Shown here piece by piece: positions 1 to 9,895 of a stretch of 64,000 bases of DNA; position 1 is the stretch's first letter; each line of letters opens with the position of its first letter. Position numbers and translations under genes: made by a program. Source of the DNA: an uncultured delta proteobacterium (GTDB lineage Bacteria > Desulfobacterota > Binatia > Bin18). The stretch covers positions 96,001 to 160,000 of the forward strand of contig CAVTCR010000081.1 of NCBI GenBank assembly GCA_963733195.1. Direction: 5' to 3'. Under the pieces are notes generated by a model. It made no database searches. It saw nothing but the letters and a program-made list of their open reading frames with translations, and was not told the DNA's origin.

Positions 1-1
1 G

Positions 2-253
2 CGCAACGTCTGTGATCAGTTACAGCAGGCTGGTATTCGCGCTGAACTCGATTTACGGAACGAAAAGTTAGGTTATAAAATCCGTGAAGCCGAAGTGCAA
101 AAAATTCCCTACATGGTTGTGATTGGCGATAAAGAAGTGAACACTGCAACAGTAGCGCCGCGGGGACGCAAAGGAGAAAAAATCCCTTCCCTCACGGTGT
201 CAGAGTTGATTGCCCGTATCGCTACTGAATCTGTTCCAGGAGGTGAGCCATAG
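2..253 (+). CDS. thrS: Threonyl-tRNA synthetase, C-terminal fragment (5' truncated by window)
   Basis: Manual translation of frame 2 gives ...AGIRAELDLRNEKLGYKIREAEVQKIPYMVVIGDKE..., the ThrRS anticodon-binding domain; TAG at 251-253; canonical position before infC. Confidence 0.95.
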   Translation, partial: RNVCDQLQQAGIRAELDLRNEKLGYKIREAEVQKIPYMVVIGDKEVNTATVAPRGRKGEKIPSLTVSELIARIATESVPGGEP

Positions 254-762
254 CCAAGGAAGCAGGAGTCCGGATCAACCAACAGATTCGTTCCCGTGAG
301 GTCCGAGTAATCGACCAAGAAGGACAACAAGTCGGCGTCCTTCCTCTCGCAGAAGCACTTCGCCTAGCTGGCGCAAAAGAATTCGACCTTGTTGAGGTTT
401 CTCCGACAGCAACGCCTCCAGTCTGTCGGATCATGGATTACGGCAAGTTTCGTTATCTGCAAAAGAAGAAAGTGCAGGAGTCCAGGAAACACTCAACACA
501 AGTGTTGGTCAAAGAAGTGAAACTTGGTTCACGGACGAGTGACCATGATATCGATTTTAAAGTAGTTCATGTACGCCGTTTTCTGGAAAAGAAACAACGA
601 GTGAAAGTCTCAGTTCTTTTTCGTGGTCGAGAAATTACCCACCCAGAATTAGGGAAAGACATGCTGGGGAAGTTCTTCGAGAAGGTACAAGACATTGGAG
701 AACTCGAAGGGCAAGCGCGCTTAGAAGGGCGCAATATGTCAATTCTGATCGTACCGAGGTAA
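250..762 (+). CDS. infC: Translation initiation factor IF-3 with non-canonical ATA start
   Basis: ORF 433-762 (MDYGKFRY...KEVKL) extends upstream in frame through [15 protein letters not shown]...DLVEVSP to ATA at 250, preceded by GGAGGT at 239-244. Confidence 0.93.
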   Translation: MAKEAGVRINQQIRSREVRVIDQEGQQVGVLPLAEALRLAGAKEFDLVEVSPTATPPVCRIMDYGKFRYLQKKKVQESRKHSTQVLVKEVKLGSRTSDHDIDFKVVHVRRFLEKKQRVKVSVLFRGREITHPELGKDMLGKFFEKVQDIGELEGQARLEGRNMSILIVPR

Positions 763-767
763 AGTAT

Positions 768-965
768 ATGCCAAAGCTCAAAACCCGCCGCGGGGCGGCA
801 AAACGCTTCAGAACGACTGGAACCGGAAAGGTTCGTCGGGCGAAAGCGTTCTTACGCCATCAACTCTCAGCGAAAACGCGCAAACAGAAACGGCACCTGC
901 GCCAGACGACGCTAGTTGATGTGACTAACGAAAAAGCGATTAAGAAGTTGATTCCCTATAAGTAG
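768..965 (+). CDS. rpmI: 50S ribosomal protein L35
   Basis: [14 protein letters not shown] motif, 65 aa, between infC and rplT. Confidence 0.97.
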   Translation: MPKLKTRRGAAKRFRTTGTGKVRRAKAFLRHQLSAKTRKQKRHLRQTTLVDVTNEKAIKKLIPYK

Positions 966-985
966 GAATGTAAGGAGACACAGTC

Positions 986-1348
986 ATGCCACGGGCAAAA
1001 CGCGGCTTCAAAGCACGCCGCCGTCACAAGAAGATCTTGAAACTTGCCAAAGGATTCACCGGTGGTCGGCGGAGACAGTACCGTCAAGCACGAGAAACCG
1101 TCGAACGCAGTTTAGTCTATGCATATCGGGATCGGAAGGCACGCAAACGCGACTTTCGTCGCTTGTGGATTACTCGGATTAATGCTGCAGCCCGACTCAA
1201 TGGGATCAATTATAACCAACTCATTCATGGCCTGGGACAGGCGAACGTTGAGATCGACCGTAAGATCCTCGCCGCACTGGCGATTGATGATCCGGGTGCA
1301 TTTACCGCTGTCGCCGATCTGGCGAAACAGCGACGCGCGGCAGCCTGA
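986..1348 (+). CDS. rplT: 50S ribosomal protein L20
   Basis: MPRAKRG...[26 protein letters not shown] signature. Confidence 0.98.
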   Translation: MPRAKRGFKARRRHKKILKLAKGFTGGRRRQYRQARETVERSLVYAYRDRKARKRDFRRLWITRINAAARLNGINYNQLIHGLGQANVEIDRKILAALAIDDPGAFTAVADLAKQRRAAA

Positions 1349-1456
1349 GTTCAGCTTTGAGGTATGAGCACCGAGCGATGAGTAAAGAGAATGGAAGTAG
1401 CCTTCTCTTGCTCGATGCTCAGGGCTCGGACCTCGAACCTCTTTTCTTCCGATCCT

Positions 1457-2479
1457 ATGGAACACGAACTCGTACGTATCCGAGACGAAGCGTTGTCTGC
1501 CCTTGATGCTTGTAAAGATGAGGACGGACTTGAAGCAGTGCGGGTACGCTTTCTCGGGCGTAAGGGAGAACTCACCGGAGTTCTTCGTGGCATTGGTGAG
1601 CTACAACCTGAGCAACGACGCAAAATAGGCGAAACAGCAAACGAGATCAAAGTCCTGCTCGAAGAGCGGATCGTGAGCTTGAAGGCAGGATGGCAAGAGG
1701 CTCAGCGGACTCAAAGCCTTGCTGCCGAACGTATCGATATTACTATCCCTGGTAGGCGACGACCGCGCGGATCGCTGCACCCGTTGTTGCAAGTGATGGA
1801 CGATACGATCGCAATCTTTACGGCAATGGGGTTTGAAGTTGCGCGCGGTCCTGACATCGAAGACGACTACCATAACTTTGCTGCACTCAACATTCCGGCG
1901 GACCATCCTGCGCGAGAAATGCAGGATACCTTCTTTATTGCTCCCGAAGTGGTGTTACGAACCCACACCTCACCGGTGCAGATCCGGGTGATGGAGAGTC
2001 GTAAGCCGCCATTACAGATTATCGTGCCAGGCTGTGTTTATCGTTGCGATGATGATGTCACCCACTCGCCGATGTTCGTCCAACTCGAAGGGTTGATGGT
2101 TGGTTCTGATATCTGCTTCGCTCATCTCAAAGGAGTGCTGACCGCCTTTGTTCATGCCATGTATGGTTCAAGTACGCCGGTGCGTTTTCGGCCGAGTTAT
2201 TTCCCGTTTACTGAACCGAGTGCGGAAGTAGACATTGGTTGTGTGCTCTGTGGGGGAAGTAACGCCTCTTGTCCAGTATGTAAAGGTAGCGGGTGGATGG
2301 AAATCCTGGGGTCAGGCATGGTCCATCCCAATGTGTTCCGGGCGGTGGGATATGATCCCGAACAGGTTTCTGGATTTGCGTTCGGTATGGGTATCGATCG
2401 GATCGCGATGTTGCGCTACGGGATTGATAACATCAGATTATTCTACGAAGGAGATCTGCGGTTTTTGCGGCAGTTCTAG
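1457..2479 (+). CDS. pheS: Phenylalanyl-tRNA synthetase alpha subunit
   Basis: HPAREMQDTF, LRTHTSPVQIR, FPFTEPSAE, GFAFGMG motifs; start placed at internal ATG 1457 (MEHELV). Confidence 0.97.
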   Translation: MEHELVRIRDEALSALDACKDEDGLEAVRVRFLGRKGELTGVLRGIGELQPEQRRKIGETANEIKVLLEERIVSLKAGWQEAQRTQSLAAERIDITIPGRRRPRGSLHPLLQVMDDTIAIFTAMGFEVARGPDIEDDYHNFAALNIPADHPAREMQDTFFIAPEVVLRTHTSPVQIRVMESRKPPLQIIVPGCVYRCDDDVTHSPMFVQLEGLMVGSDICFAHLKGVLTAFVHAMYGSSTPVRFRPSYFPFTEPSAEVDIGCVLCGGSNASCPVCKGSGWMEILGSGMVHPNVFRAVGYDPEQVSGFAFGMGIDRIAMLRYGIDNIRLFYEGDLRFLRQF

Positions 2480-2582
2480 AAAAAGTAAATAGAGTCTAGG
2501 AGTCAAATACAGAGTCCAAGGTTCTCACGGATTACGTTTTACGCTTATTACGTATTACGTATCACGTTTCACGGTCTTCCCC

Positions 2583-4980
2583 ATGAAAGTTTCCCTTAAT
2601 TGGCTTGCGCGAATTTGTGACGATTGAGCTTTCGCTTGATCGTTTAGCCAGTCGCTTGGCAATGGCTGGCCTTGAAGTCGACGATATTCGTGAGCAAGGG
2701 GCCGAGCCAATCCAAGTCGCACAGATTGTGCGGATCGATCCACATCCACAGTCTGACCACTTAACGATCTGCTACGTTACTCAGGGTGGAGAGACGCTTC
2801 CCGTTGTGTGCGGTGCGACCAACATGAAAGTTGGAGACAAAGTAGCCTTTGCTCCAGCCGGGACGACATTACCCGCTGGGCAGCACGTAGAACTGACAGA
2901 AATTCGCGGACAACAGTCGCATGGTATGTTGTGTTCTGAACAGGAACTTGGACTCTCAGATGATCACAGTGGATTATTGATTGTCGAAGAAGACGCTAAA
3001 CTTGGCGAAGAGTTGTACGCTCGTCTTGGACTGCGGGATACGATCCTTGATATTGCCATTACCCCGAATCGCGGTGACTGTCTGAGTGTGTTGGGTTTAG
3101 CGCGCGAAATCGCCGCACTCACCGGTGTCCCGCTGCTCGCGAAGCGGCTACGTGTACGAGAAGGGAAATCTGTAACGAGTGAGCAAGCCCGTGTTTCGAT
3201 TCTCGATGCTGATTTATGTCCTCGCTATGCCGCACGGATAGTAAATAATCTCCGTGTTATTCCTTCTCCGGCCTGGATGAAATGGCGACTCGAAGGCACT
3301 GGAGTGCGGGCGATTAACAGTATTGTGGATGTCACGAACTATGTGATGCTGGAACGTGGACAGCCCCTGCATGCGTTCGATCTGCCTTCTCTACATGGGC
3401 CAGAAATCATTGTCCGTCGTGCTCGTGACATTACCTCAATTACGACCCTCGACGGAAAAGAGCGGACGCTAGTCTCAGACGACTTGCTGATTTGTGATCG
3501 TGATCGCGCCGTCGCTGTGGCTGGAGTCATGGGAGGTTCAAATTCTGAAGTCCACGACCAAACGACAGTGACCTTCCTTGAAAGTGCTTATTTTATTCCA
3601 GAAACAGTTCGTCGTACTGCTCGTCGGTTAGGATTACGAAGTGAAGCTTCGTATCGTTTCGAGCGTGGAGTCGATCCTCAAGGTACTCTTCTCGCCTTAG
3701 ATCGCGCAGCAGATCTTCTTGCGCAGATTTCAGAGGGGAAGGTAAGTCGTGGAATTATTGACGTCTGTCCACAACCATTGCTTCCGACAACTATTCCTCT
3801 GCGTGGACAACGTGTCTCGCGTTTCCTCGGTATGCCGGTCGAGGCAAAAGACGTCGAACACTGCATACACACTTTGGGAGCCAAGGTTAAACGCAGTCGG
3901 GGTGGAACCTGGAATGTGACGGTTCCCTCGTATCGCTCTGACCTTACTCAAGAGGTAGACCTGATTGAAGAAGTCGCGCGGCTCAGGGGCTATGAAACGA
4001 TTCCAACGCTCTTACCGCGAGCAGAAGCACACGAAAGAACCCTGGATGATGAGGGGAATTGGGTACGGCGTATTCGTGCCTGCCTTGCCGCACAGGGACT
4101 TTCCGAGGTGCTGAGCCTGAGCTTCACCTCGGCACAGCTCAATCGGTTGTTTGCGGGGACCAGCTCAACGTCTCCTATTCCATTACTAAATCCCCTTTCT
4201 GCTGAAAGTGCAGAAATGCGCGTGAGCTTGCTTGGTAATCTCATGCGAGTACTCCAACACAACCTTCATCAGGGAGAGAGTGGCGTGACGGTGTTCGAGA
4301 TTGGCAAAGTATTTTTGGGTGCCCAGGAAACACCAGATGGACGGCAAGAACGATTACATGTTGCTGGAGTGCTCTATGGGAATTGGCCGGCAAGCGGTTT
4401 ACAGAAACCAACACCGATCGAGTTTGCCGATCTCAAGGGAGTGTTAGAAGCGCTCTGGCAAGAGCTACGCTGTGAGGAAAAAATTCGTTGGGAGCGAGCG
4501 ACGACCGTCCCGTTTCTCCACCCAGGAAAAGCGACGACGATTCTGATTGATGGTACTGTATGTGGTGTGGCTGGGGCGGTGCATCCGAATCATTGTCGCG
4601 CACTTGATCTCACGGTAAACCCATGGGTGTTTGAAATTGATCTTGCGCCTTTGTTTCCCCACGCGCGCACCGCGGTTCGCTATCAGCAACTACCGCGCTT
4701 TCCAACGACTGTTCGTGATGTCGCTCTGGTAGCAGATGAAACCTTGCCGGTACAGGCGGTGATTGATGCAGTCCGTTCTTTAGCGAATCCTCTGATTGTT
4801 GAGGTCCGTTTGTTCGATCAATACCGAGGGAACTCCATTCCGCAAAACAAACAGAGCCTTGCCTATTCCATTGCATATAGAGCGACGGATCGTACCCTTA
4901 CTGCACTTGAAGTGAATGCTCTACACTCACAGATCATTGCCCATCTCGCGCAAACCCTTGATGTTGAGGTGCGAGCGTAA
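2583..4980 (+). CDS. pheT: Phenylalanyl-tRNA synthetase beta subunit (one extra base near 2604, probably sequencing error)
   Basis: ATG 2583 reads MKVSLNWL then shifts into ORF 2605 (REFV...); ITPNRGDCLS, GQPLHAFD, ASYRFERGVD, DLIEEVAR motifs. Confidence 0.96.
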
Positions 4981-5106
4981 CAATTCCCGGGAGAAAGATC
5001 TCCGTCACGGAAGGAAGAAAGTTTCTCTTAGTGCCTCCCTGGACTTTCCTTCTCGCATAGTCCAGTGCTACAAGGAAGGGAAAATTCCTTGTCGGCCAGG
5101 AGTGAC

Positions 5107-5503
5107 GTGGCGCAACAAGTAGAGCTGCCGAATAAACTCTATTTCCGGATTGGTGAAGTCGCAAAGATTGTTGGGGTTAAGCCTTACGTTTTGCGCTACT
5201 GGGAGACCGAGTTTTCCATCCTGAAACCAGGAAAGACGCCCTCTCGGCATCGTCTCTATCGTCGCCGGGATGTTGAAATGCTCTTAGAAATAAAGACGCT
5301 CCTATACGAAGATGGTTTCACCATTGCGGGAGCGAAGAAAAAACTCAAAGAGAGCGAGAACGAGAGAGAGGATGAGAAAGACGTCCTCGCCGACCGTTCC
5401 CCTTGAACAGACGATTGCTGTACTTCCCCAAAGTCAGAATCATCTTCATCTTTTACGTGCCATCCGAGATGATCTCCTAATGCTATATAACATGCTCACA
5501 TAG
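5107..5503 (+). CDS. MerR-family transcriptional regulator (apparent frameshift near the GA run about 5360-5400)
   Basis: [27 protein letters not shown]...GFTIAGAKK, the MerR type usually found after pheT/ihfA; GTG 5107 follows AGGAG; alternative frame gives a plausible tail [16 protein letters not shown]. Confidence 0.85.
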
Positions 5504-5551
5504 CGTTTTTCCTGCGAAATATCTTTTTCCTTCCGTTTTTGCGCAGAAAAG

Positions 5552-5611
5552 TTGCGCCGATTTTCTCCGATATGGTACTATGATCCTTCTTGCCATTATT
5601 AATGGCAAGAA
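5552..5611 (+). promoter_or_regulatory. Putative sigma70 promoter followed by perfect 12-bp inverted repeat
   Basis: TTGCGC (5552) N18 TACTAT (5576) with extended TG; TTCTTGCCATTA-T-TAATGGCAAGAA at 5587-5611. Confidence 0.5.
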
Positions 5612-5681
5612 TCTTTTCCCATTTAGAATCAGATATTTATTCGTGTATACGACAAGATTTCATTAATAAAGCGGAGGACGA

Positions 5682-6857
5682 ATGACGTGGCGGATTAAGA
5701 TGTGGAGGTGGATTGGAGTGGCGATTGGAGGAATACTCGCCTTCTTACTAGATGGAACGATCGGTCAAAGTCTTGCGTATAAGACAAAAGAGACGCAGGT
5801 CTCGCGACAGCTTCCTCGTGCAGAGAAAAAAGCGGCACCACGGCTGATACAAGGCAAACAGAAAGAGAACCTTCGTGTATTGACCCTCCGGAGTTCTGAC
5901 CCTCGGCGACCTCGATCTCACGTACGACCTCGCATCCAGAAGCGGAAATCTGTACGGCAACTCAAACGCCGAGCTCCTGTCGCACGGGAAGTCGTGCAGC
6001 TTTTCGATCCAGAACCAGGCAAAGATTTCCAGTCGATGTTATTGGCAGATGCGGAGACTGGACAACTGCTTCTGGCTGAAAATATTAACAAGCAGTGGCC
6101 CACTGCCTCCCTAGCAAAGATGATGGTCGGACTTTTGGCAATGGAGGACCTAGAGCGAGAGCGGTTGTCGTTGCAAACTCCGGTTGTGATTAGTTCCCGC
6201 GCAAGCCGCGCCCGTGGGAGGACGATTAACCTCCGTCCGGGTGAAGTTTTTCCTTTAGGAGAGCTTCTGCAAGCTATGCTGGTGACATCAGCGAACGACG
6301 CTACCGTTGCAGTAGCAGAACATATTCACGGGTCAGTTGAAGCGTGCGTTGCTGCGATGAATCAAAAAGCTCGTGCGCTGGGAATGAAGAAAACCAGATA
6401 TCAAACTGTTAATGGGATGCCTCTGCCCGGTGGTGGTGCTGGAGACGTATCCTCTGCCCGGGATTCGGCTGTCTTAGGCATGGAACTCATTAGATACCAT
6501 CGTGTCTTACGCTGGACTTCCCTTGACCATGTCCCGTTCCGCGATGGGATGGCAATGTTGCCAAATACGAATCACCTTGTTGGTCGTGTTGATGGAGTGA
6601 ACGGACTAAAGACAGGTTTTACGGTTAGGGCTCGGTACAATCTTGTGGCGACGGCTCAACGTGGAGAGAAAAGCCTCATCGTTGTTGTCCTCGGCGGTAG
6701 GAATAGCCGGGTGCGGTTCAAAGCGGCTGAGGAGTTCCTAGAATGGGGATTCTCCCACGATAATCGCCGAACTGAATTTTCCGATGAGAGCAGAGAGTTA
6801 GAGGATGGTTTCCGGGTGAGGCCGGCAGTTGTTGACCACGATGAATCTCTGTTCTAG
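5682..6857 (+). CDS. D-alanyl-D-alanine carboxypeptidase (peptidase S11, DacA/PBP5-like)
   Basis: SxxK (ASLAK), SxN (SAN) and KTG (GLKTGF) motifs; N-terminal hydrophobic segment. Confidence 0.92.
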   Translation: MTWRIKMWRWIGVAIGGILAFLLDGTIGQSLAYKTKETQVSRQLPRAEKKAAPRLIQGKQKENLRVLTLRSSDPRRPRSHVRPRIQKRKSVRQLKRRAPVAREVVQLFDPEPGKDFQSMLLADAETGQLLLAENINKQWPTASLAKMMVGLLAMEDLERERLSLQTPVVISSRASRARGRTINLRPGEVFPLGELLQAMLVTSANDATVAVAEHIHGSVEACVAAMNQKARALGMKKTRYQTVNGMPLPGGGAGDVSSARDSAVLGMELIRYHRVLRWTSLDHVPFRDGMAMLPNTNHLVGRVDGVNGLKTGFTVRARYNLVATAQRGEKSLIVVVLGGRNSRVRFKAAEEFLEWGFSHDNRRTEFSDESRELEDGFRVRPAVVDHDESLF

Positions 6858-6992
6858 TTGGGATAATTCGCGATAATCTTAAAGTCCCAATCTTCTTCTT
6901 TGCCGGAGGACCTTGCAATTTACTAAAAGATGCATACCTTGCATTGTCCCTTAATTTTATCGCGAACACAGTAGGTGAAAGGAGAGTACAGG

Positions 6993-8639
6993 ATGGCGAA
7001 GAAGCTCGTCTACCTGCATGACAAGGCACGGGAGGGAATCCTCCAGGGGGTTAACTTGCTAGCCGACGCGGCGCAAGTGACGCTTGGTCCACGTGGGCGT
7101 AACGTTTTGTTACAAAAGAGCTTTGGCGCTCCGTTGGTAACTAAGGACGGGGTAACGGTTGTCAAAGAGATTGAACTCGAAGACAAGTTCCAAAACATGG
7201 GCGCCAAGATGATCCGTGAGGTAGCCAGCAAAACTTCAGACACCGCTGGTGACGGTACCACGACTGCAACTGTGTTGTCGCGTGCGATCCTCCGCGAGGG
7301 TATTCGTCTGCAGAGTGCTGGGTTTGACCCTATGGAACTGAAACGTGGGATCGATACAGCAGTAGAGAAAGTAATTGAGGGTATAAAAGAACAAAGCCGT
7401 ACCGTCCGAGGGAAAGAACAGATTGCCCAAGTCGGAACCATTGCGGCCAATGGTGAGAGTACGATCGGTGAGATTGTGGCTGAAGCAATGGATAAAGTCG
7501 GGAAGGAAGGCGTCATCACCATCGAAGAAGGCAAAACTTTGGAGACGACACTTGATGTTGTCGAAGGCATGCGTTTCGATCGTGGATACCTGTCCCCGTA
7601 CTTCGTGACCCATCCAGAAAAAATGACTACAGAGCTGGAAGATCCCTATATCCTCTTCCATGAAAAGAAGATTTCTAACCTCCGCGAAGTCCTCCCGCTG
7701 CTGGAAAAAATCGCTCAGAGTGGTCGCGCACTCCTCATTATTGCAGAAGATGTAGACGGAGAGGCACTTGCTGCCTTAGTGGTCAATAAGCTACGTGGTA
7801 CCCTGCGATGTGCGGCAGTGAAAGCTCCTGGGTTTGGTGATCGGCGCAAGGCTATGCTGGAAGACATAGCGATTCTGACCTCGGGAAAAGTCATTGCCGA
7901 AGAGCTCGGGATCAAACTGGAGAATCTTGCGTTGAGTGACCTTGGTCGCTGCAAACGCGTGATTATCGATAAGGACAACACCATCATCGTCAGTGGTGCA
8001 GGCAAAAAGGACGCGATTCAAAGCCGAGTTCAACAGCTCCGCACCCAGACTGAAGAAACGACATCTGATTACGATCGAGAGAAACTGCAAGAGCGCCTGG
8101 CAAAACTCGCCGGTGGGGTTGCTGTCATTAAAGTCGGTGCAGCAACTGAAGTGGAAATGAAGGAACGCAAAGCGCGGGTGGACGATGCAATGCATGCGAC
8201 TAAAGCTGCAGTAGAAGAGGGGATTGTTCCTGGTGGTGGAGTAGCGTTAGTGCGTGCGCAAAAGAAGCTTGATGGGTTGAAGTTTGGTGATGGTCGTGAC
8301 CAGGGAGTCGCTATCGTTCGACGCGCTATCGAAGAGCCGTTACGACAAATTGCGGCAAACGCAGGATCTGAAGCCTCTGTCGTTATTAGTAAAGTACGTG
8401 AGGGGAAAGACGACTACGGGTTCAACGCCGCGAGTGAGAAATTCGAGAACCTACTGAAAGCTGGCGTGCTTGATTCAGCAAAAGTTGTGCGCACGGCGCT
8501 TCAAAATGCAGCGAGTGTCGCCGGCCTCATGATTACAACTGAAGCTGCGGTCGCCGATCAACCAGAAAAGAAGCAAGCTCCTGCCGGTGGTGGGCATCAT
8601 GGCCACAGTCATGATGACGACTTCGGCGATGACTATTAG
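6993..8639 (+). CDS. groEL: Chaperonin GroEL (Cpn60) with His/Asp-rich C-terminus
   Basis: [51 protein letters not shown]; start ATG 6993 after GGAGAG. Confidence 0.98.
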   Translation: MAKKLVYLHDKAREGILQGVNLLADAAQVTLGPRGRNVLLQKSFGAPLVTKDGVTVVKEIELEDKFQNMGAKMIREVASKTSDTAGDGTTTATVLSRAILREGIRLQSAGFDPMELKRGIDTAVEKVIEGIKEQSRTVRGKEQIAQVGTIAANGESTIGEIVAEAMDKVGKEGVITIEEGKTLETTLDVVEGMRFDRGYLSPYFVTHPEKMTTELEDPYILFHEKKISNLREVLPLLEKIAQSGRALLIIAEDVDGEALAALVVNKLRGTLRCAAVKAPGFGDRRKAMLEDIAILTSGKVIAEELGIKLENLALSDLGRCKRVIIDKDNTIIVSGAGKKDAIQSRVQQLRTQTEETTSDYDREKLQERLAKLAGGVAVIKVGAATEVEMKERKARVDDAMHATKAAVEEGIVPGGGVALVRAQKKLDGLKFGDGRDQGVAIVRRAIEEPLRQIAANAGSEASVVISKVREGKDDYGFNAASEKFENLLKAGVLDSAKVVRTALQNAASVAGLMITTEAAVADQPEKKQAPAGGGHHGHSHDDDFGDDY

Positions 8640-8808
8640 TCGCTGACTCATTTTCTGCTCTACGCGCGAGCTTCTGGGGGGAAACTATTCAGATATGGGA
8701 ACAGCATGCCGTACCCATACCACACATTTGCCGCCTCGAGGTTTGAGTGAGCGACAAAATTGTGGCAAAATAGAGAAATCAATGTATCTAACGAAGGGGG
8801 TAAGCAGG

Positions 8809-9070
8809 ATGAGGGACTTTTGGCGGATTGGCCACAGGCGTTGCCGCAGTGGCCCTACTTGCAGTTGTTAATATTGGTTGTGCAACACAGCGCGAAGTGA
8901 AAGACACCTGGACTGATGCGTCTAACCGCTCAAGTCAATCGGCCAGCCGTGCAGAAGATGCTGCCAGGCGTGCCGAAGCCGCAGCTGCACGTGTAGAGGT
9001 AGCATCGAAGAAATGTGAAGATGCAGCGGCTCGAATCGAAGCAATGACGACAAAAAGTATGAGAAAGTAA
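8809..9070 (+). CDS. Alanine-zipper lipoprotein (Lpp/OprI-like), copy 1; one extra base near 8828
   Basis: Lipobox-like NIGC then Ala-rich coiled coil (ASRAEDAARRAEAAAAR); ATG 8809 gives MRDFWRI matching the copy 2 N-terminus if one base is removed. Confidence 0.7.
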
Positions 9071-9105
9071 GACAGACATCGCTGGAGAGGTAAGGGGTAA
9101 ACGCA

Positions 9106-9369
9106 ATGAAGACGTATAAGAGAATAGGGACAGCCGTTACCGCTGCTGCCCTGTTAGCGATGGTCAATGCTGGGTGTGCGACGAAGCAGCCTGAAGTGAG
9201 AGACACGTGGACAGATTCTGCAAATAGATCAGCTACGGCAGCGAGTCGAGCAGAGGATGCCGCGAAACGTGCTGAGGCTGCAGCTGCGCGTATGGAAGCC
9301 GCTGCTCAGAAAGTCGAGAACGTTGCCGGGAAGTACAACTCAACGCTGGAGAGGTCTTTTAATAAGTAA
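9106..9369 (+). CDS. Alanine-zipper lipoprotein (Lpp/OprI-like), copy 2
   Basis: Signal peptide plus NAGC lipobox; shares EVxDTWTD and ASRAEDAAxRAEAAAAR with copy 1. Confidence 0.75.
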   Translation: MKTYKRIGTAVTAAALLAMVNAGCATKQPEVRDTWTDSANRSATAASRAEDAAKRAEAAAARMEAAAQKVENVAGKYNSTLERSFNK

Positions 9370-9388
9370 ATCTCACTAGGAATCCAGT

Positions 9389-9427
9389 AAGGGCGGCCTC
9401 GTTTCCCGAGAGGCCGCCTTTCTTTTT
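9389..9427 (+). terminator. Rho-independent terminator between convergent genes
   Basis: AAGGGCGGCCTC-loop-GAGGCCGCCTTT followed by CTTTTT. Confidence 0.8.
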
Positions 9428-9888
9428 TATGATCTGCTAAATGCTCCAGCCGTGTGTGCAGCTATAGCTTCTGTAGAAGACACCGTTTGAGGACGGTCAC
9501 GTTTAGCATCCACGATACAAAAGAAGCCAAACGGCTCATCGTTCACAGCTTGGAACTGATGCGGAGTCCACGGAGCTACATATACCGTATCAAACGGATT
9601 TAGCTCATACGCAGTAGCATCGAGGATCGCCCGGCCTTTTCCCCTGACGACAACGACGACATGTGCATGCTCGTGTTTTTCGAGGCTCGAGTACCCACCC
9701 GGAGCAACCTCAAAGTAACGCAGGTGAAAGGCAGTAGATTCTCCACCTTTCCCAACGAGTACCTGCCGTACAATTCCCTGCCAATCACGTCCTTCTTCCT
9801 GGCTGGATTTATACACCTCACGCTCGACGCCTTCCCAACCGGGTCCGTCCTGAAAGCGTGTGATTCGTGTCTCTGATTTCGCCATCAT
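9427..9888 (-). CDS. Cupin domain protein
   Basis: LRYFEVAPGGYSSLEKHEHAH and YVAPWTPHQF cupin metal-binding motifs. Confidence 0.88.
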   Translation of the reverse strand: MMAKSETRITRFQDGPGWEGVEREVYKSSQEEGRDWQGIVRQVLVGKGGESTAFHLRYFEVAPGGYSSLEKHEHAHVVVVVRGKGRAILDATAYELNPFDTVYVAPWTPHQFQAVNDEPFGFFCIVDAKRDRPQTVSSTEAIAAHTAGAFSRS

Positions 9889-9895
9889 TCAGTCA

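Noticed and set aside
1349-1456. T-box or pheM-type attenuator before pheS
   Set aside because: Too short for a T-box, no GGTGGNACCGCG motif and no Phe-rich leader peptide; only a generic hairpin is reported
7010-8195. Long antisense ORFs opposite groEL (similar ones oppose hsdM, hsdR and the STAND genes)
   Set aside because: Shadow ORFs caused by codon bias in conserved genes; no recognisable motifs or RBS
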